Shown: in pieces, positions 25,209-38,239 of the stretch
Numbering within the stretch: the stretch's first letter is position 1
Layout: the number at the start of each line of letters is the position of its first letter
Origin: Octopus vulgaris
Lineage: Eukaryota
Direction of reading: 5' to 3'
DNA: 64,000 nucleotides
Assembly: GCA_951406725.2 (NCBI GenBank)
Contig: OX597814.1
Span: forward strand, 143,964,001 to 144,028,000
The notes under the pieces: generated by a model
Told to the model about the DNA's origin: nothing
Seen by the model: only the letters and a program-made list of their open reading frames with translations
Database searches by the model: none
Translations under genes and position numbers: made by a program

Positions 25209-26193
25209 TTCCACCCAGGTAAAAAAAAAAGTTGCGGTAGAAATGTCAAGTAGGATAGATTTCTTTTTACGCATGATATGTTGATACTATTACTCACAGT
25301 CTGTTCATCTACATAGACAACAATATTTATACGAAATGTTGTAAATGAAGGTTTGACATAGAAATATGGCCACCTCGTCTGTAATATAATTGCCTGTCTT
25401 AGCAAGAAGAACATACTTTGTAATGTTTAACAAATTATCGCGTACGTTTTCACATTGACGCTAATTTTAATCTTATACTAAAATACTCGCATTGATATAT
25501 ATGTATGTATACACGCATACGCATATATATATCCAAGGGAGTGACAGAGAGAGAGGGGAGAAAGATGAGCTGTCTCTCCTTGTTAGTTGAAGAAGTGTAA
25601 ATACGTCAGAATAAGCTAAAAGTTTACGCAAGCAACGTACAGCTCCAAAGGGATATTGTCAGACGAAAAGAAAAAGTGGCATAAAACTAAAAAATAATTC
25701 TTTCTAATTTTGGCACAAGACCTGCAATTTTGAAAGAAGAATACAACGACTCCAGTACTTGACTGGTACTTTAAGTTAACGACCTCGAAAAGATGAAATG
25801 CAAACGTCATCTTAACAGAATTTGAAGTCACAAGGTAAAGAGCCAGAAAAAAATAATTCTTTCTAACTTTGGTACAAGGAAAGCAATTCTAATAGAAGGG
25901 GTAGCCGATTGCATCGATTCCAATATACAACTGTTACTTAATTTAACGAACCCACATCTCCTGCAGACATGGCTAAATCAGTCATTCGAATTTCTCAAAC
26001 TATTTTAGAAACTATAATTTTACCAGCGAAAATTGTATGTTGTTGGCGTCATAAGAATTGTATAAACTTTTCACTAATACGTTCACTCTCGTAGTGCTTG
26101 CTGTGTCATCTGCCAGAGAAAAGAACCTTGAATTTCTTTAGAAGAGATGAATTAGTAAACTAAACGAAAATATTTGAGTATAGACATGTAAAA

Positions 26194-26470
26194 ATGTTCT
26201 CTTTGAAAGATAGTTCTTCAGGATGTCAAAGATTTGCTTTCAGAAGCCTTCATGGAACAGTAAGTTCAACAGGAAAAAGTTTACAAGCTATGGATTCACA
26301 ACATGATAATTGGCTTTCGGTATTATTACGTGCAGAGGGACTTGATACTTACAGATGCGATCACAACTTGTCAATGGGCATCAGCCTGCAATGATGATAT
26401 AATCACAGTGAAAGCTGAAGATAATGTTCATGCGGTCACTTTAGCTTTTGAATCTACAAGTCAAGAAAAA
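26194..26470 (+). pseudogene. PCNA: PCNA pseudogene fragment (about residues 1-110)
   Basis: Frameshifted translation [67 protein letters not shown] matches PCNA [51 protein letters not shown]. It has internal deletions and no intron. Confidence 0.92.
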
Positions 26471-26511
26471 GACTGCTTATATATATATGCATGTATGTAT
26501 GTGTGTGTGTG

Positions 26512-26570
<59 letters not shown>

Positions 26571-26679
26571 GTATGTATGTATATATATATATATGTATGT
26601 ATATATATGTGTGTATATATGTATGTATATATGTATGTATGTATGTATGTATGTACGTATGTATGTGTGAGTATGTATA

Positions 26680-26892
26680 CGAGGGGTGCTGAACAGTCTC
26701 TGGCTTTAAGGGTATCGTGAAATGCTTGATTGGAGCCCAGCCATCCGATTTCTTTTACATGGGTTAGAAAATCCGAAGGACCGTTGCAATGAGCGTGTGA
26801 AACCGAGAGGGAAATATGTTGAATAGAATCGTAATGAAATGATCCTCTAGTATTTTCTTTTACCCAAAGCCAAAAACTTTTCAGCACTCGTC

Positions 26893-26893
<1 letters not shown>
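26680..26893. mobile_element. Mariner-type MITE
   Basis: TA-flanked imperfect terminal inverted repeats (TIRs): CGAGGGGTGCTGAACAGTCTCTGGCTTT / AAAGCCAAAAACTTTTCAGCACTCGTCG. Confidence 0.75.
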
Positions 26894-26950
<57 letters not shown>

Positions 26951-27817
26951 TAAAATAGAAAGATGAATAATCTTGTTGCAGATTAATCAAAAGTTTAACC
27001 GATACCTTGGTAGCAAAAATCACAGCAGAAGACAGCACGGTTGGAGTTACAACCATATGGTGTTGCAACCCTGCGTTGGTGCGGATAATTGAATTTTAAT
27101 ATTATTAGTGAATTGAAGAAATGGAGTTGAACGAAGATTGAACAGAAATCGTTTTATTGCATTCTACACGTGTTTCGAAAGGCACAATTTACCAAATTCC
27201 GATTGAATAAGGAGACCATATTGTGTCTTTCTCTTCAGGAAGAAATAGGAAATCCGTTGGAAAAAACAAAAACAGAACAGAGGCGGAGCAAAACAAATCG
27301 AACGAGGCTCCTAAGAGCCCATGGCCAAACTGTTTATCAATGTATGTTGAAAACTGGTGGTGGGTGCGTTGAAGGTTTTGATGGGTCAGGCAGCGGTCAT
27401 TCCGGTGCTTAGATGTTCCTTTGTGACCGAGACTAAAGTTCTGACTATTTAAAGAATATTAGGTGTATTATATGGGGCGGGACAAAATCTACTTAGAAAC
27501 ATGTGTGTGTGTGCTGTTCTATGTGTTCGTATGTGCGTTTGATCACGTGGCCGTCAGTTGGTAAACAGCCCTACCCACTGGTCACTGCTGTAAAATCCGT
27601 CGGGTGGCAGAAAGAAATTTTTTATGTGTGCGTGTGTTCGTCTAAACCTGCCTTGTCAAAGAAACCCCCGTCGTCAAGACAAACCCCCATTCGTCTCCCA
27701 GGAGTAATTCCCCTTGCAATGGTTAATCATAATTCTCTTAAAGGTTATTCAGAATTTATTTCCAAGGGCTATTTTCATATAAGTAGTGTAACCGGGTGCA
27801 GGTATTATTTATAAGCG

Positions 27818-28435
27818 TTATTTATAAGCAAGATAAGTATAACGCCGCCAGTGGGGGCATCGAAAAGCCGACTGTAAAAGTCCGTTTACCATCCGGTCTC
27901 TGGCGAACAATATATGGAAGAGTTCGGAGACACAAAGGTTGCACTTCCTTCTGCCCCTGTCAAATGGGAGGGCCACCGACAAAATTGACCATTCCAGGCT
28001 GTAGCTTGAGTTCGTATTCTTCAATCGCCATATTAGCTTGCTAAGTCCCGTGGTCTGGCATTTATTCACGTCTCTAAAAGTTGCGTAATGGTTGGAGATT
28101 CTTGAGGACAATCTTGAGGATGAGGCCCCGACATAAGAGTAGACATCTGAGTCCGTGTAAACCTTACATTGGTAGACGGCGTTTCTGATCTTGGAGTTCA
28201 CCGACGAGAACCTTATTCTATTAGGATTAGTGTCTGAAATTAGAACTGCGTTGCTGTTACTATATTTGTTGCGAGAACTGCAGCCGCTTACTACTTTATT
28301 TTCCACTACGTCACTATTAACTAACGGAATAACCCCTGATTCTACACTATCACACAGAGTGCTGTCATTGCTAGTGCCCGTGGTGCTGCCATTGCCGGAA
28401 ACGGTGCTGGAGTTGCTATTGGGACTCGTCAATAT
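27818..28435 (-). CDS. GIY-YIG endonuclease domain (C-terminus of the PLE ORF; RT absent)
   Basis: Open frame to the stop: NAVYQCKV..YSYVGASSSRLSSRISNHYATF..TGLSKLIWRLK..WSIL..KCNLCVSE..N..RCPH, the PLE (Penelope/Neptune-type) endonuclease with Cys/His motif. The 5' end is truncated by the inverted pLTR. Confidence 0.85.
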   Translation of the reverse strand: MLTSPNSNSSTVSGNGSTTGTSNDSTLCDSVESGVIPLVNSDVVENKVVSGCSSRNKYSNSNAVLISDTNPNRIRFSSVNSKIRNAVYQCKVYTDSDVYSYVGASSSRLSSRISNHYATFRDVNKCQTTGLSKLIWRLKNTNSSYSLEWSILSVALPFDRGRRKCNLCVSELFHILFARDRMVNGLLQSAFRCPHWRRYTYLAYK

Positions 28436-28586
28436 TGCCTGACCCGTCAAAACCTTCAACGCACCCACCACCAGTTTTCAACATACATTGATAAACAGTT
28501 TGGCCATGGGCTCTTAGGAGCCTCGTTCGATTTGTTTTGCTCCGCCTCTGTTCTGTTTTTGTTTGTTCCAACGGATTTCCTATTTC

Positions 28587-28666
28587 TTCCTGAAGAGAAA
28601 GACACAATATGGTCTCCTTATTCAATCGGAATTTGGTAAATTGTGCCTTTCGAAACACGTGTAGAA
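28587..28666 (+). ncRNA. Hammerhead ribozyme in the pLTR (mirror copy at 27162-27241, minus strand)
   Basis: TTC CTGAAGA GAAAGACACAAT..ATTGTGCCTTTC GAAA CACGTG TA GAA, then AATAAA at 28670. Confidence 0.8.
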
Positions 28667-29834
28667 TGCAATAAAACGATTTCTGTTCAATCTTCGTTCA
28701 ACTCCATTTCTTCAATTCACTAATAATATATATATATATATATATAAACTAGGGTGCGTTGCGTTTCGTTACATAATAAATGAAAAAGATGTATAGTAAA
28801 TGCACAAACAAAAGTAAAAAACGTATAATGAATGCACCTTTTTTTCTCTCCCCCTTTTTTTTTATACCGGTTGCGTAGTTGACCGGTCTTCTATTTGTTG
28901 CTTTTCTAATGCTTTAGGATTGCCCTCTAAGCGTTACTAAGGCTGTAATCTTTCCGTTTCATATTTATCTCGTCTGTGTCCTTCGTCCATCGTCTTGAAT
29001 TACACTCATTCACTTTTGTATGTCTACTTCTGCATCGCCTGTATTCCATGTATTTTCTGTTCTCGGTCCAATATTCTCCGCAACTTTCGCGGTCACCGCC
29101 AGCATGAGAAGCATCTCAGTCTTATTAATGGTACGAAACTGAGTAATACCATCTAGCTGATAACTGATGAAGAATAAGGGACCTTCTCGTTTTATTTTCC
29201 GTCCGTTTATGCACTCAATATACGTCTTTTACTTTTCGTTTCTACATTTACTATACATTTTTCACTTATATATATATATATCAGAGGCGACCCCGGGTCA
29301 CCAGCGCCACTCGGGCTCATCACAGGTTTCGCATAAGACACAAGCCTACTCGAAGTGTTTCACATTTTCCCGCTTTATTTTTAGCCCCAAATAGCTTATT
29401 TTTTTTATACCTAACACTGTCTTTCTCCATTTCTAAGTTAAGGGTTAAAATAAAGCAACCCTGCCAAACACAACTGATCTTCGCACAGAGACGCACAGAA
29501 TAACAGCAATCAAATAACGAGAGCGGAGTCCACAACAAACATCAGCGATCTGACTGTCACCTGTACTCTTGACAAGAGATGCCAGTTAGTCTTTTACACC
29601 TATTAGGCTCATTCGTATTAGCCAGAGTTACTGGATAAATTTTCGTTCCTTTAAGAATATTGTAGAACGCAAACTTTTCATAGATTGGAATTTAAATCTT
29701 AATCTCTATAGAAATTTATTGTTTCAAGAAAATATTAAATTTGAATTACTTTTAACTTTTACGATTCTATGATAACAACACGAGCTGTAACTTATGAGCC
29801 CGAGTCAGGCGCGTGTGAACGATGTCTCTCTCTC

Positions 29835-29870
<36 letters not shown>

Positions 29871-29909
29871 TGTATGTATGTATGTATGTATGTATGTATG
29901 TATGTATGT

Positions 29910-30318
29910 AGGCGCAGGTGTGTCTGTGTGGTAAGTAGCTTGCTTACCAACCACATGGTTCCGGGTTCATTCCCACTGCGTGGCACTTTGGGCAAGCGTC
30001 TTCTACTATAGTCTCGGGCTGACCAAAGCCTTGTGAGTGGATTTGGTAGTCGGAAACAGAAAGAAGCCCGTCGTATATATGTATATATATATATTTGTGT
30101 GTGTGTTTGTATGTCGGTGTTTGCCCCCCCCCCCCCCCAACATCACTTGACAACCGATGCTGGTGTGTTTACGTCCCCGTAACTTAGCGGTTCGGCAAAA
30201 TAGACCGATAGAATAAGTGCTAGGCTTACAAAGAATAAGTCCTGGGATCGATTTGCTCGACTAAAGGCGGTGCTCCATCATGGCTGCAGTCAAATGACAG
30301 AAACAAGTAAAAGAGTAA
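29910..30318 (+). mobile_element. Full-length SINE family B
   Basis: Complete head-core-linker-tail structure. Confidence 0.9.
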
Positions 30319-30421
30319 AATAGTATGAGTGTGTATATATGTACGTACGTACATATGTGTGTATGTATTTATGTATGTATGCAGATCATGGTTAGTGAGC
30401 GAAGTACCTACTCTCAGCCCT

Positions 30422-30868
30422 TTACTCTCTTTTACTTGTTTCAGTCATTTGACTGCAGCCATGCTGGAGCACCGCCTTTAGTCGAGCAAATCGACCCCGG
30501 GACTTATTCTTTGTAAGCCCAGCACTTATTCTATCGGTCTCTTTTGCCGAACCGTTAAGTGACGGGACGTAAACACACCAGCATCGTTTGTCAAGCAATG
30601 CTAGGGGGACAAACACAGACACATAAACATATACACACACACACATTTATATATATACATGCATATATACGACAGGCTTCTTTCAGTTTCCGTCTACCAA
30701 ATCCACTCACAAGGCATTGGTCGGCCCGGGGCTATAGCAGAAAACACTTGCCCAAGATGCCACGCAGTGGGACTGAACCCGGAACCATGTGGTTGGTTAG
30801 CAAGCTACTTACAACACAGCCACTCCTGCGCCTATAGCCACTCCTGCGCCTATAGCCACTCCTGCGCC
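30422..30868 (-). mobile_element. Full-length SINE family B, inverted relative to its neighbour, with a triplicated 5' end
   Basis: Reverse complement of 29910-30318; about three copies of the 18-bp unit AGCCACTCCTGCGCCTAT at 30818-30868. Confidence 0.9.
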
Positions 30869-32064
30869 CTGTCAATCTTTTCTACCAATGTACGTCTCAT
30901 CCACAGATCAGATATTCTTCCCTAGTCTTCCTTAACAAGCATCATCATCATCATCGTTATCCCCATAAGTAAAGACAGCATTGCCAGAAATATCAGAACT
31001 AATCGTAGACTTAATCTTATTGAATCTGACGCTACGTTCTGAGTTCAAATTCCGCTACTAGTTACGCACTGGGGTCGATGTAATCGACTGTCTCCCTCCC
31101 CTAAATTTCAGGCTTTGTGCCTATAGTAGAAAGGGTTGTTTTATTAAGTTTATGATCAGAAATCATCGAAGGCTTAATATGGTGTCTACAATAGTTACAA
31201 TGACAGCAATGATTATGGAGATGACAACAGCGGCAACGACCATAAAAACTACTGCAAACAACTACAGTAGCAACAATTTCAAGAAGAGCGAGTTTCTATT
31301 TGTCACTCAATCCTGTAGAGAGGCTGCTAAACCTCCTTCAAATCACCCTACAATCCGATAATGGAAAGGGCACATTAGGTAAATGTAGATCAACATATTT
31401 TTAATAAGACGTGATGGTCACTATCGCGGAATGCCTTTGATCATAAGTCTTGCACGATTATGGTTGATCTAGAGAGAGCTACAGAACAAAAAAAATATAC
31501 ATAAATAAAAGTAAAGGAACAAGAAGCAAAAGCCCATTTTTTTCTCCTTTGTGTTCTTTCTTCCTTTAATCATATAACTAATATAAAAGTTGGTAAGAAA
31601 CACGAACAAATGCGACAACAGGGAACTTTTATGTCATGCGACGAATAAATAAATTGTACAAGAAACAAGTGTGAATATGAAATGACGAAAGACGAAGATA
31701 AAGGAAGATATATGCTTGCTGTTGACTGCCCCGGAAAAGCAGGCGGAAGACCGACAGTTTGCTGAGTGGTGGTGATGGTGGTGGTGGTGGTGGTGGTGGT
31801 AGTGGTGGTGGTGGTAGTGGTAGAGAGAGAGAGAGAGAGGTGGGATCAATGAATGACTAGACAGCATTCGAGTAGCCTTTGACTTAAATAATTATTACAG
31901 ACAGATTATTTTTCAGTTTAACTCCCCAACCCCACTTCTTGCTGTCATATATGTCATTTTTCTGACATATAGACATCAGGCTTAATGTATCTCAAGAAGC
32001 GTTCCTTCATTATGCAAATCTACGTTATGAGAATAATGAACAAGTTAGAAGTAAAAGAAATAAA

Positions 32065-32144
<80 letters not shown>

Positions 32145-32185
32145 GACAAAAAGAATAGATTGAAGAATGAAATAATTAGGAAGTA

Positions 32186-32301
<116 letters not shown>

Positions 32302-33755
32302 GATAATGAGATGTTGTCAATTAATGAATACGTTATCGTTGGTTTAATAATTTGGTAAATTTTATTTTATTTTTTGCATTTATTGTTTATGTTGTTGTTT
32401 AGTTTTAATGAGTTTCATCTCACGATCCGCAATCCACTTTCGTGTCATTTCACTTTCGGATTATCTACAGAGAGGAAGTTCGTATATTTTGTTATATTTT
32501 ATTTTAGTATTACTAATATTGTTACGTTTATGTGTTCCTGACTTTACTCTTATATGCATGTATGTCATGCGTGCACGCGTACATACATACGCACATCCAC
32601 ACACATGTACGTTCGTACATATAGACACTTAATTATTTTCGCTGTCAGTGGCTTCTAAGCTCTTTTTTGACATCTTTCATATCGCAAATGAAAATCTCGA
32701 TTTATTTTTCGGTAGATCAATAGTGTAGTTTCCATACAATTCTACTTAACATTAGTATGGGATAAAGGTAGCACATGTTTTATACATAGATAGTTATCTA
32801 ATCATTCTGTGTTCAATTCTCGACACTATTTAGGGTTATCAGCTTGGTTCCACTGAATCATTACAAATTTCTATTGGTGAAAGATTGATCACAAGCCAAT
32901 ACAAATAGAATAACCCACATCTGTTTACTAGACAGAATCGTTGCAACATTAAATTGCTTAGCTTGATTCGCATTTGCATCTCTGTAGTTTCTTAAGGTAT
33001 TTAATTAATTATGAATGAAATAGCAATCTGTATATCATACGTAAAATAGATGCATCGTTCAAAGCCTTATAAACTGCGGTATTCGTCTATAGAAAGTATC
33101 TCTTATAGACGTATGGTGTTAAAAAGCACAGAAATATGTCAGCAACTGACGAAAGTCGTACAGCAGCACTGGCAGCATTGCTAAATACATATTTCTATCT
33201 CCTTGTGCTTCGTCAGTAACAAGTGTCCACTGGTAGCCGCATGCGGCTTCTTCAACTTAACTACGAGCCAAAGATGTTTCTACAATGAAAATACATTTCT
33301 CCACAATATATAATATTCTGATACATCACTTTCAAATATTATATGGCCACTTTGGGCTCTCGTCATCGACGCTAAAATATTATTGATCTTGAGGCTATAA
33401 TACAGCCTCGACCCTGATGATTTGCACTAACTAAAGACCTAAACAAAATTAACTATGTTATACTTTTCTTTCAAAATATTCTTATTCCAAAATACGGTCC
33501 AGTTCTCAGTAAAACTCACACAATCATTTTTTTAATGAAAATTAAGTCCATTAGAATAACATCAAACGCAAATTCAATGTTGTCTTTGTTCATTAAACCT
33601 ACATCTGTACTGATTTGGCAGATCTATCATCAAAGACGTTCGAGCTATGATAAGAGGCTACGTTATCCAATATCCTTTCTGTTTTGAAAGACAGTAGGAT
33701 ATGCATTGAGGGAAATTTCTAGCCAGCCGAATCTTTTTCATTGATGTAGTAGTAA

Positions 33756-33816
<61 letters not shown>

Positions 33817-34043
33817 TCTTGTTATTTTTATTTTAGTTTGGCTCAGGTTCGGTCTCATTCCTTGAAGGAATTATGTGGATAGCAGGTACCCTTATTTGCC
33901 CACAAATTTTCAGCAGTCTTTCACGTGCTTAGAACTCTTCCGATAATCATTGCTGTCCCTAAGAGACAAACTTTCTGTAGGAACTCTACTGGGCATTTTA
34001 TTTCAGTCTCCTTCAGCCATTTATCTCTCTCTCTCTCTCTCTC

Positions 34044-34144
<101 letters not shown>

Positions 34145-34351
34145 CATTAAGACGGTGAACAGGCAGAATCCTTAAAAGGCCGCTCAAAATGATTAGCATT
34201 TCGTCCGTCTTTGCGTTCTGAGTTTGCTTTCTTACTCTCGGGGACGATAAAATAAGTACCAGTTGAGTACTGGGGTCGATGCAATCGACTTAATCCATTC
34301 CCCCAGAATCTGAGGACTTGTGCTTTCAGTAGAAAGTATTATTATTATTAT

Positions 34352-34500
34352 TCAGTAGTTTTATTTTTATAACGCGCTTTCACTACCGAGCGCAGCTCTG
34401 TATGCCTTGGGTATGTGCTGTTGTTTGCTGTGATGATCTTATGGTTACTGTATTGAAAGTGTTTTGCGTAGGATGTGTGCAGTGCCCAGTAGTGCAATTT
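34352..34500 (-). mobile_element. Dong/R4 LINE extreme 3' end
   Basis: Close match to 7600-7755 (IALLGTAHILRKTL plus 3' UTR), with an (AAT)n tail. Confidence 0.85.
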
Positions 34501-34597
34501 TCTTCTTCTTCTTCTTCTTCTTCTTCTTCTTCTTCTTCTTCTTCTTCTTCTTCTTCTTCTTCTTCTTCTTCTTCTTCTTCTTCTTCTTCTTCTTCAT

Positions 34598-34722
34598 TTT
34601 CTATCGAAGAGCGTAGGCTTGAAACGTAAAAGACTTTCTCACTTCCCGAGCGTTAAACTAATATATCTGATTGTTGTTTACACATCCATCTTCGTCTTTT
34701 CTTTTGTTTGTAAATTCTCACT
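34598..34722 (+). mobile_element. Probable PLE pLTR 3' fragment (relative at 53550-53660)
   Basis: TCGAAGAGCGTAGGCTTGAAACGTAAAAG is a degenerate hammerhead; CCCGAGCGT.AAACTAATA..TCTTCGTCTTTT is shared by both copies. Confidence 0.5.
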
Positions 34723-34794
34723 ATATATGCATATATATATATGTTTAAATATTTGTTTATTGGCTAAACTGGCAATATGACCATTCCGATATAT

Positions 34795-34843
<49 letters not shown>

Positions 34844-34852
34844 TATATACAT

Positions 34853-34890
<38 letters not shown>

Positions 34891-35656
34891 GTATATGTAT
34901 ATATAAATAAATATATATATATATATATATACATATACGACGGGCTTCGTCTACTAAATTCACTTACAAAGCTTTGGTCGGTCCGAGTCTATTGTAGAAA
35001 ACACTTGTTGCCCAAGGTGGCATGCAGAGGCACTGAACCCGGAACTATGTGGTTGGTAAGCAAGTTACTTACCACACACCCACTGCGCCAACACAGCCAC
35101 ACCTGTGTGTCTATGCGTGTACATACATATATGTGGGATAGTGTATCTTGTATAGTTCATAGTTGCTTTATATGCAGATGATTTATGCTCTTGATTGTAG
35201 TAGAAATATAGGTGCGTCACCTCCGAGGAGTGTTCAACCAACCATAAAACGGCCCGTCAGGAGACACCCACCTCCTTTTGCTGCACATCAATAATACAGA
35301 ACGGAAGTGCTTACATTCTTATACTTATTTAAACCAGCAAGTGAAGTTTTATATTATATTAGTACTTTTAATTTACGATGGTTCGTGTGTAAATAGATAT
35401 GGTTAAATATAATGACGAGCTGTGAAAAGCACAAATATGCAAATTATATCACTCACTAAAATGTTATCCTAATTTATGAGCTCTTTATAAGCAACTGATC
35501 TGTAGTACTGACTGAGAAGGAAGACGGGCACGTCTTCTTTGTGTGGGAGTGGTCAAGAACCATAAAATGTCTGTCAGAAAACTCCTTCCCTTTTTCCCCA
35601 TACATCACTAGTATAGAAGGAATGTCTTTATTTAATTTCAATGCATACATACAAAC

Positions 35657-35730
<74 letters not shown>

Positions 35731-35760
35731 ATATATACACATATATATATATGTATATAT

Positions 35761-35803
<43 letters not shown>

Positions 35804-36150
35804 GGAGGAGTAGCTTGCTTACCAACTACTGCGTGGCACCTTGGGCTAGTGTCTTCTACTATAGCCTCGGGCCGACCAAAGCATTGTGAGTGGATTTGAT
35901 AGATATATAGATATATGTGTGTGTGCGTGTGTGTATGTTTGTGTATCTGTGTCCCCTCGACATTGCTTGATAACCGATGCTGGTGTGTTTATGTCCCCAT
36001 AATTTAGCGGTTCGACAAAAGATACCGATAAAATAAGTAATAAGCTTACAAAGAATAAGTCCTGGGGTCGATTTGCTCGATTAAAGGTGGTACACCAGCA
36101 TGGTCGCAGTCAAACTACTGAAACAAATAAAAGAATATATATATATATAT

Positions 36151-36734
36151 ATATATTAATAAAAAGAATTCCAACCTTGTCTGATTTTCACGTTTTATTT
36201 ACAATCTTATAATGATATATTATAAGATAATATATTATAATTGAATAAAATAAAATGAAATAGTAGAATGTTAAATATTCATTCTGATTGAACTAGTACT
36301 TTCATGCATTGAATTCTGCAATCTTCGGGTTCATGTAGTAGTGTTGACAGTCATGCTTCACAATTTTTGACTGTAGCAAGATGAGTGATTCTGTGCTATA
36401 AATACAGCTGGGTAGGCTCCAGAGTGCTAGGTTTTGCAAACTGTATTCTGACCAATCAGTGTGTAGTATCACTCAATTACTTAAGCTGATTGGTTGGTTG
36501 AGCTGATTGGTTTAGGCATCACGCTTTGTTGGACAGGTCAACACTACTACATGAACCCGAAGATTGCAGAATTCAATGCATGAAAGTACTAGTTCAATCA
36601 GAATGAATATTTAACATTCTACTATTTCATTTTATTTTATTCAATTATAATATATTATCTTATAATATATCATTATAAGATTGTAAATAAAACGTGAAAA
36701 TCAGACAAGGTTGGAATTCTTTTTATTAATATAT
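36151..36734. mobile_element. Coding-less PLE-derived element with 198-bp inverted repeats
   Basis: Arms at 36151-36348 and 36537-36734 look identical. Each carries TGAAC CCGAAGA T TGCA..TGCA T GAAA GTAC TA GTTCA. The spacer has a TATA motif and three CCAAT boxes. Confidence 0.85.
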
Positions 36735-36758
36735 TCTTCTATACACAATCACACACAC

Positions 36759-36819
<61 letters not shown>

Positions 36820-36989
36820 CACAAACACACACACACATACAGACGTGGATGTGTGGTAAAAAGCTTACTTTACAACCACACGATACCGGGTTCAACTCCA
36901 CTATGTGGCACCTAGTGCAAGTATCTTTTATTATAGCTGTGTGAGTGGATTTGGTAGACGGAAATTGAAAGAACTCCGTCGTTTATATA

Positions 36990-37865
36990 CAGGGTGGGTG
37001 GAAAGTACCGAGGTATTAGAAATTGCTTATAGAACTTTTAGTATCACTGAAGTCATGGGGAAAACATTTTTTAAACAGACAACATTAATGGGGGATTTCT
37101 TATTGTCTTATTTCTTTTTTTTTATTTTCCAGATAGCTGGTCTCTTGACTGTTCAGGAGCGAGCTAAGAAGGTAGCACGCTATGAAGTGTGGAATTCCAT
37201 TGTTTTGGCCCAGAGATGGTGGCATTCATAGAAAGGTAAGCATGCAACACTACATTCGGAGATTTTGAATAGCTGTCATACAAAGCTGATGACCATGGGC
37301 TCTGTGAAAGATGCAAGAAGTGGCCGTGCTTGTCCAACCACATCCCGATCAGCGGAGAACGTGTCAACAACGATGGAAATGTTTAATCGCTGCCCATAAA
37401 AATTAACACGTCAAGCAGTTCATAAAAGTGAACAAGACACACAATACGTACAGTGTCGCATAAAGAATTGAATTTTTGTCCGTAAAAACCCCATTACGCG
37501 CAGGAGCTAAAACCAGAAGATTGTGACAGCAGAAGTCCAGATCTCACTGCATGTGATTTTCATGTGTGGGGTTACACAAAATAAGAGCTGTACAAAACAA
37601 AACCTCGCACACTGGTGAACTTGGAGACACGGATTCAGGAGGTTCTCAATGATATCCAGGACGACGTCCTTCAAAAAGTTCATTCCATCCCTGACCGTTT
37701 GAAGAAAACGGTAGACGTCACCGGTGCTTACGTTGAAATATGAAGGTTTACTTTCATTTTCCCATGTAATAAAGAAAATGTATAATTTGTTTCAATAAAT
37801 ATATGTAAAAGGAATATGGATTTTATTACCGATTTTTAATGCCTATTTACTTTTCACCAACCCTG
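36990..37865 (+). mobile_element. Internally deleted Tc1/mariner-superfamily transposon inserted in a SINE B linker
   Basis: TA-flanked TIRs CAGGGTGGGTGGAAAGTA / TACTTTTCACCAACCCTG; remnants LTVQERAK..SIVLAQRWW and RSPDLTACDFHVWGY..KPRTLVNLETRI. The SINE head (36842-36985) and tail (37880-38078) flank it. Confidence 0.85.
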
Positions 37866-38075
37866 TATATATGTATATGATTGTATGTGTGTCTGTGTTT
37901 GTTCCCCCACCATCGCTTGACAACCGATGTTGGTGTGTTTACGTACCCGTAAGCTAGCGGTTTGGTTTGAGACCAACAGAATGAGTACTAGGCTTACAAA
38001 GAATAAACCTTGGGGTCGATTTGTTCGACTAAAAGCGAAACTCTAGCATGGCCGTAGTCAAATGACTGAAACAAG

Positions 38076-38127
<52 letters not shown>

Positions 38128-38183
38128 AAATACAAAATGGGATATGAACGCAAAACATCCGGACAACTAGGTGATGCAAAAAG

Positions 38184-38235
<52 letters not shown>

Positions 38236-38239
<4 letters not shown>

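Larger units (their letters stand above)
27099..28729 (-). mobile_element. 5'-truncated Penelope-like retroelement with inverted pLTRs
   Basis: 294-bp inverted repeats at 27099-27392 and 28436-28729 (I see 2 differences), each with a hammerhead and AATAAA. A GIY-YIG ORF lies between them, and the right end abuts (TA)n. Confidence 0.93.

Noticed and set aside
27170-27412. Near-identical 80-aa ORFs at 27170(+) and 28416(-) that look like a duplicated gene
   Set aside because: They are antisense readings of the inverted pLTRs.
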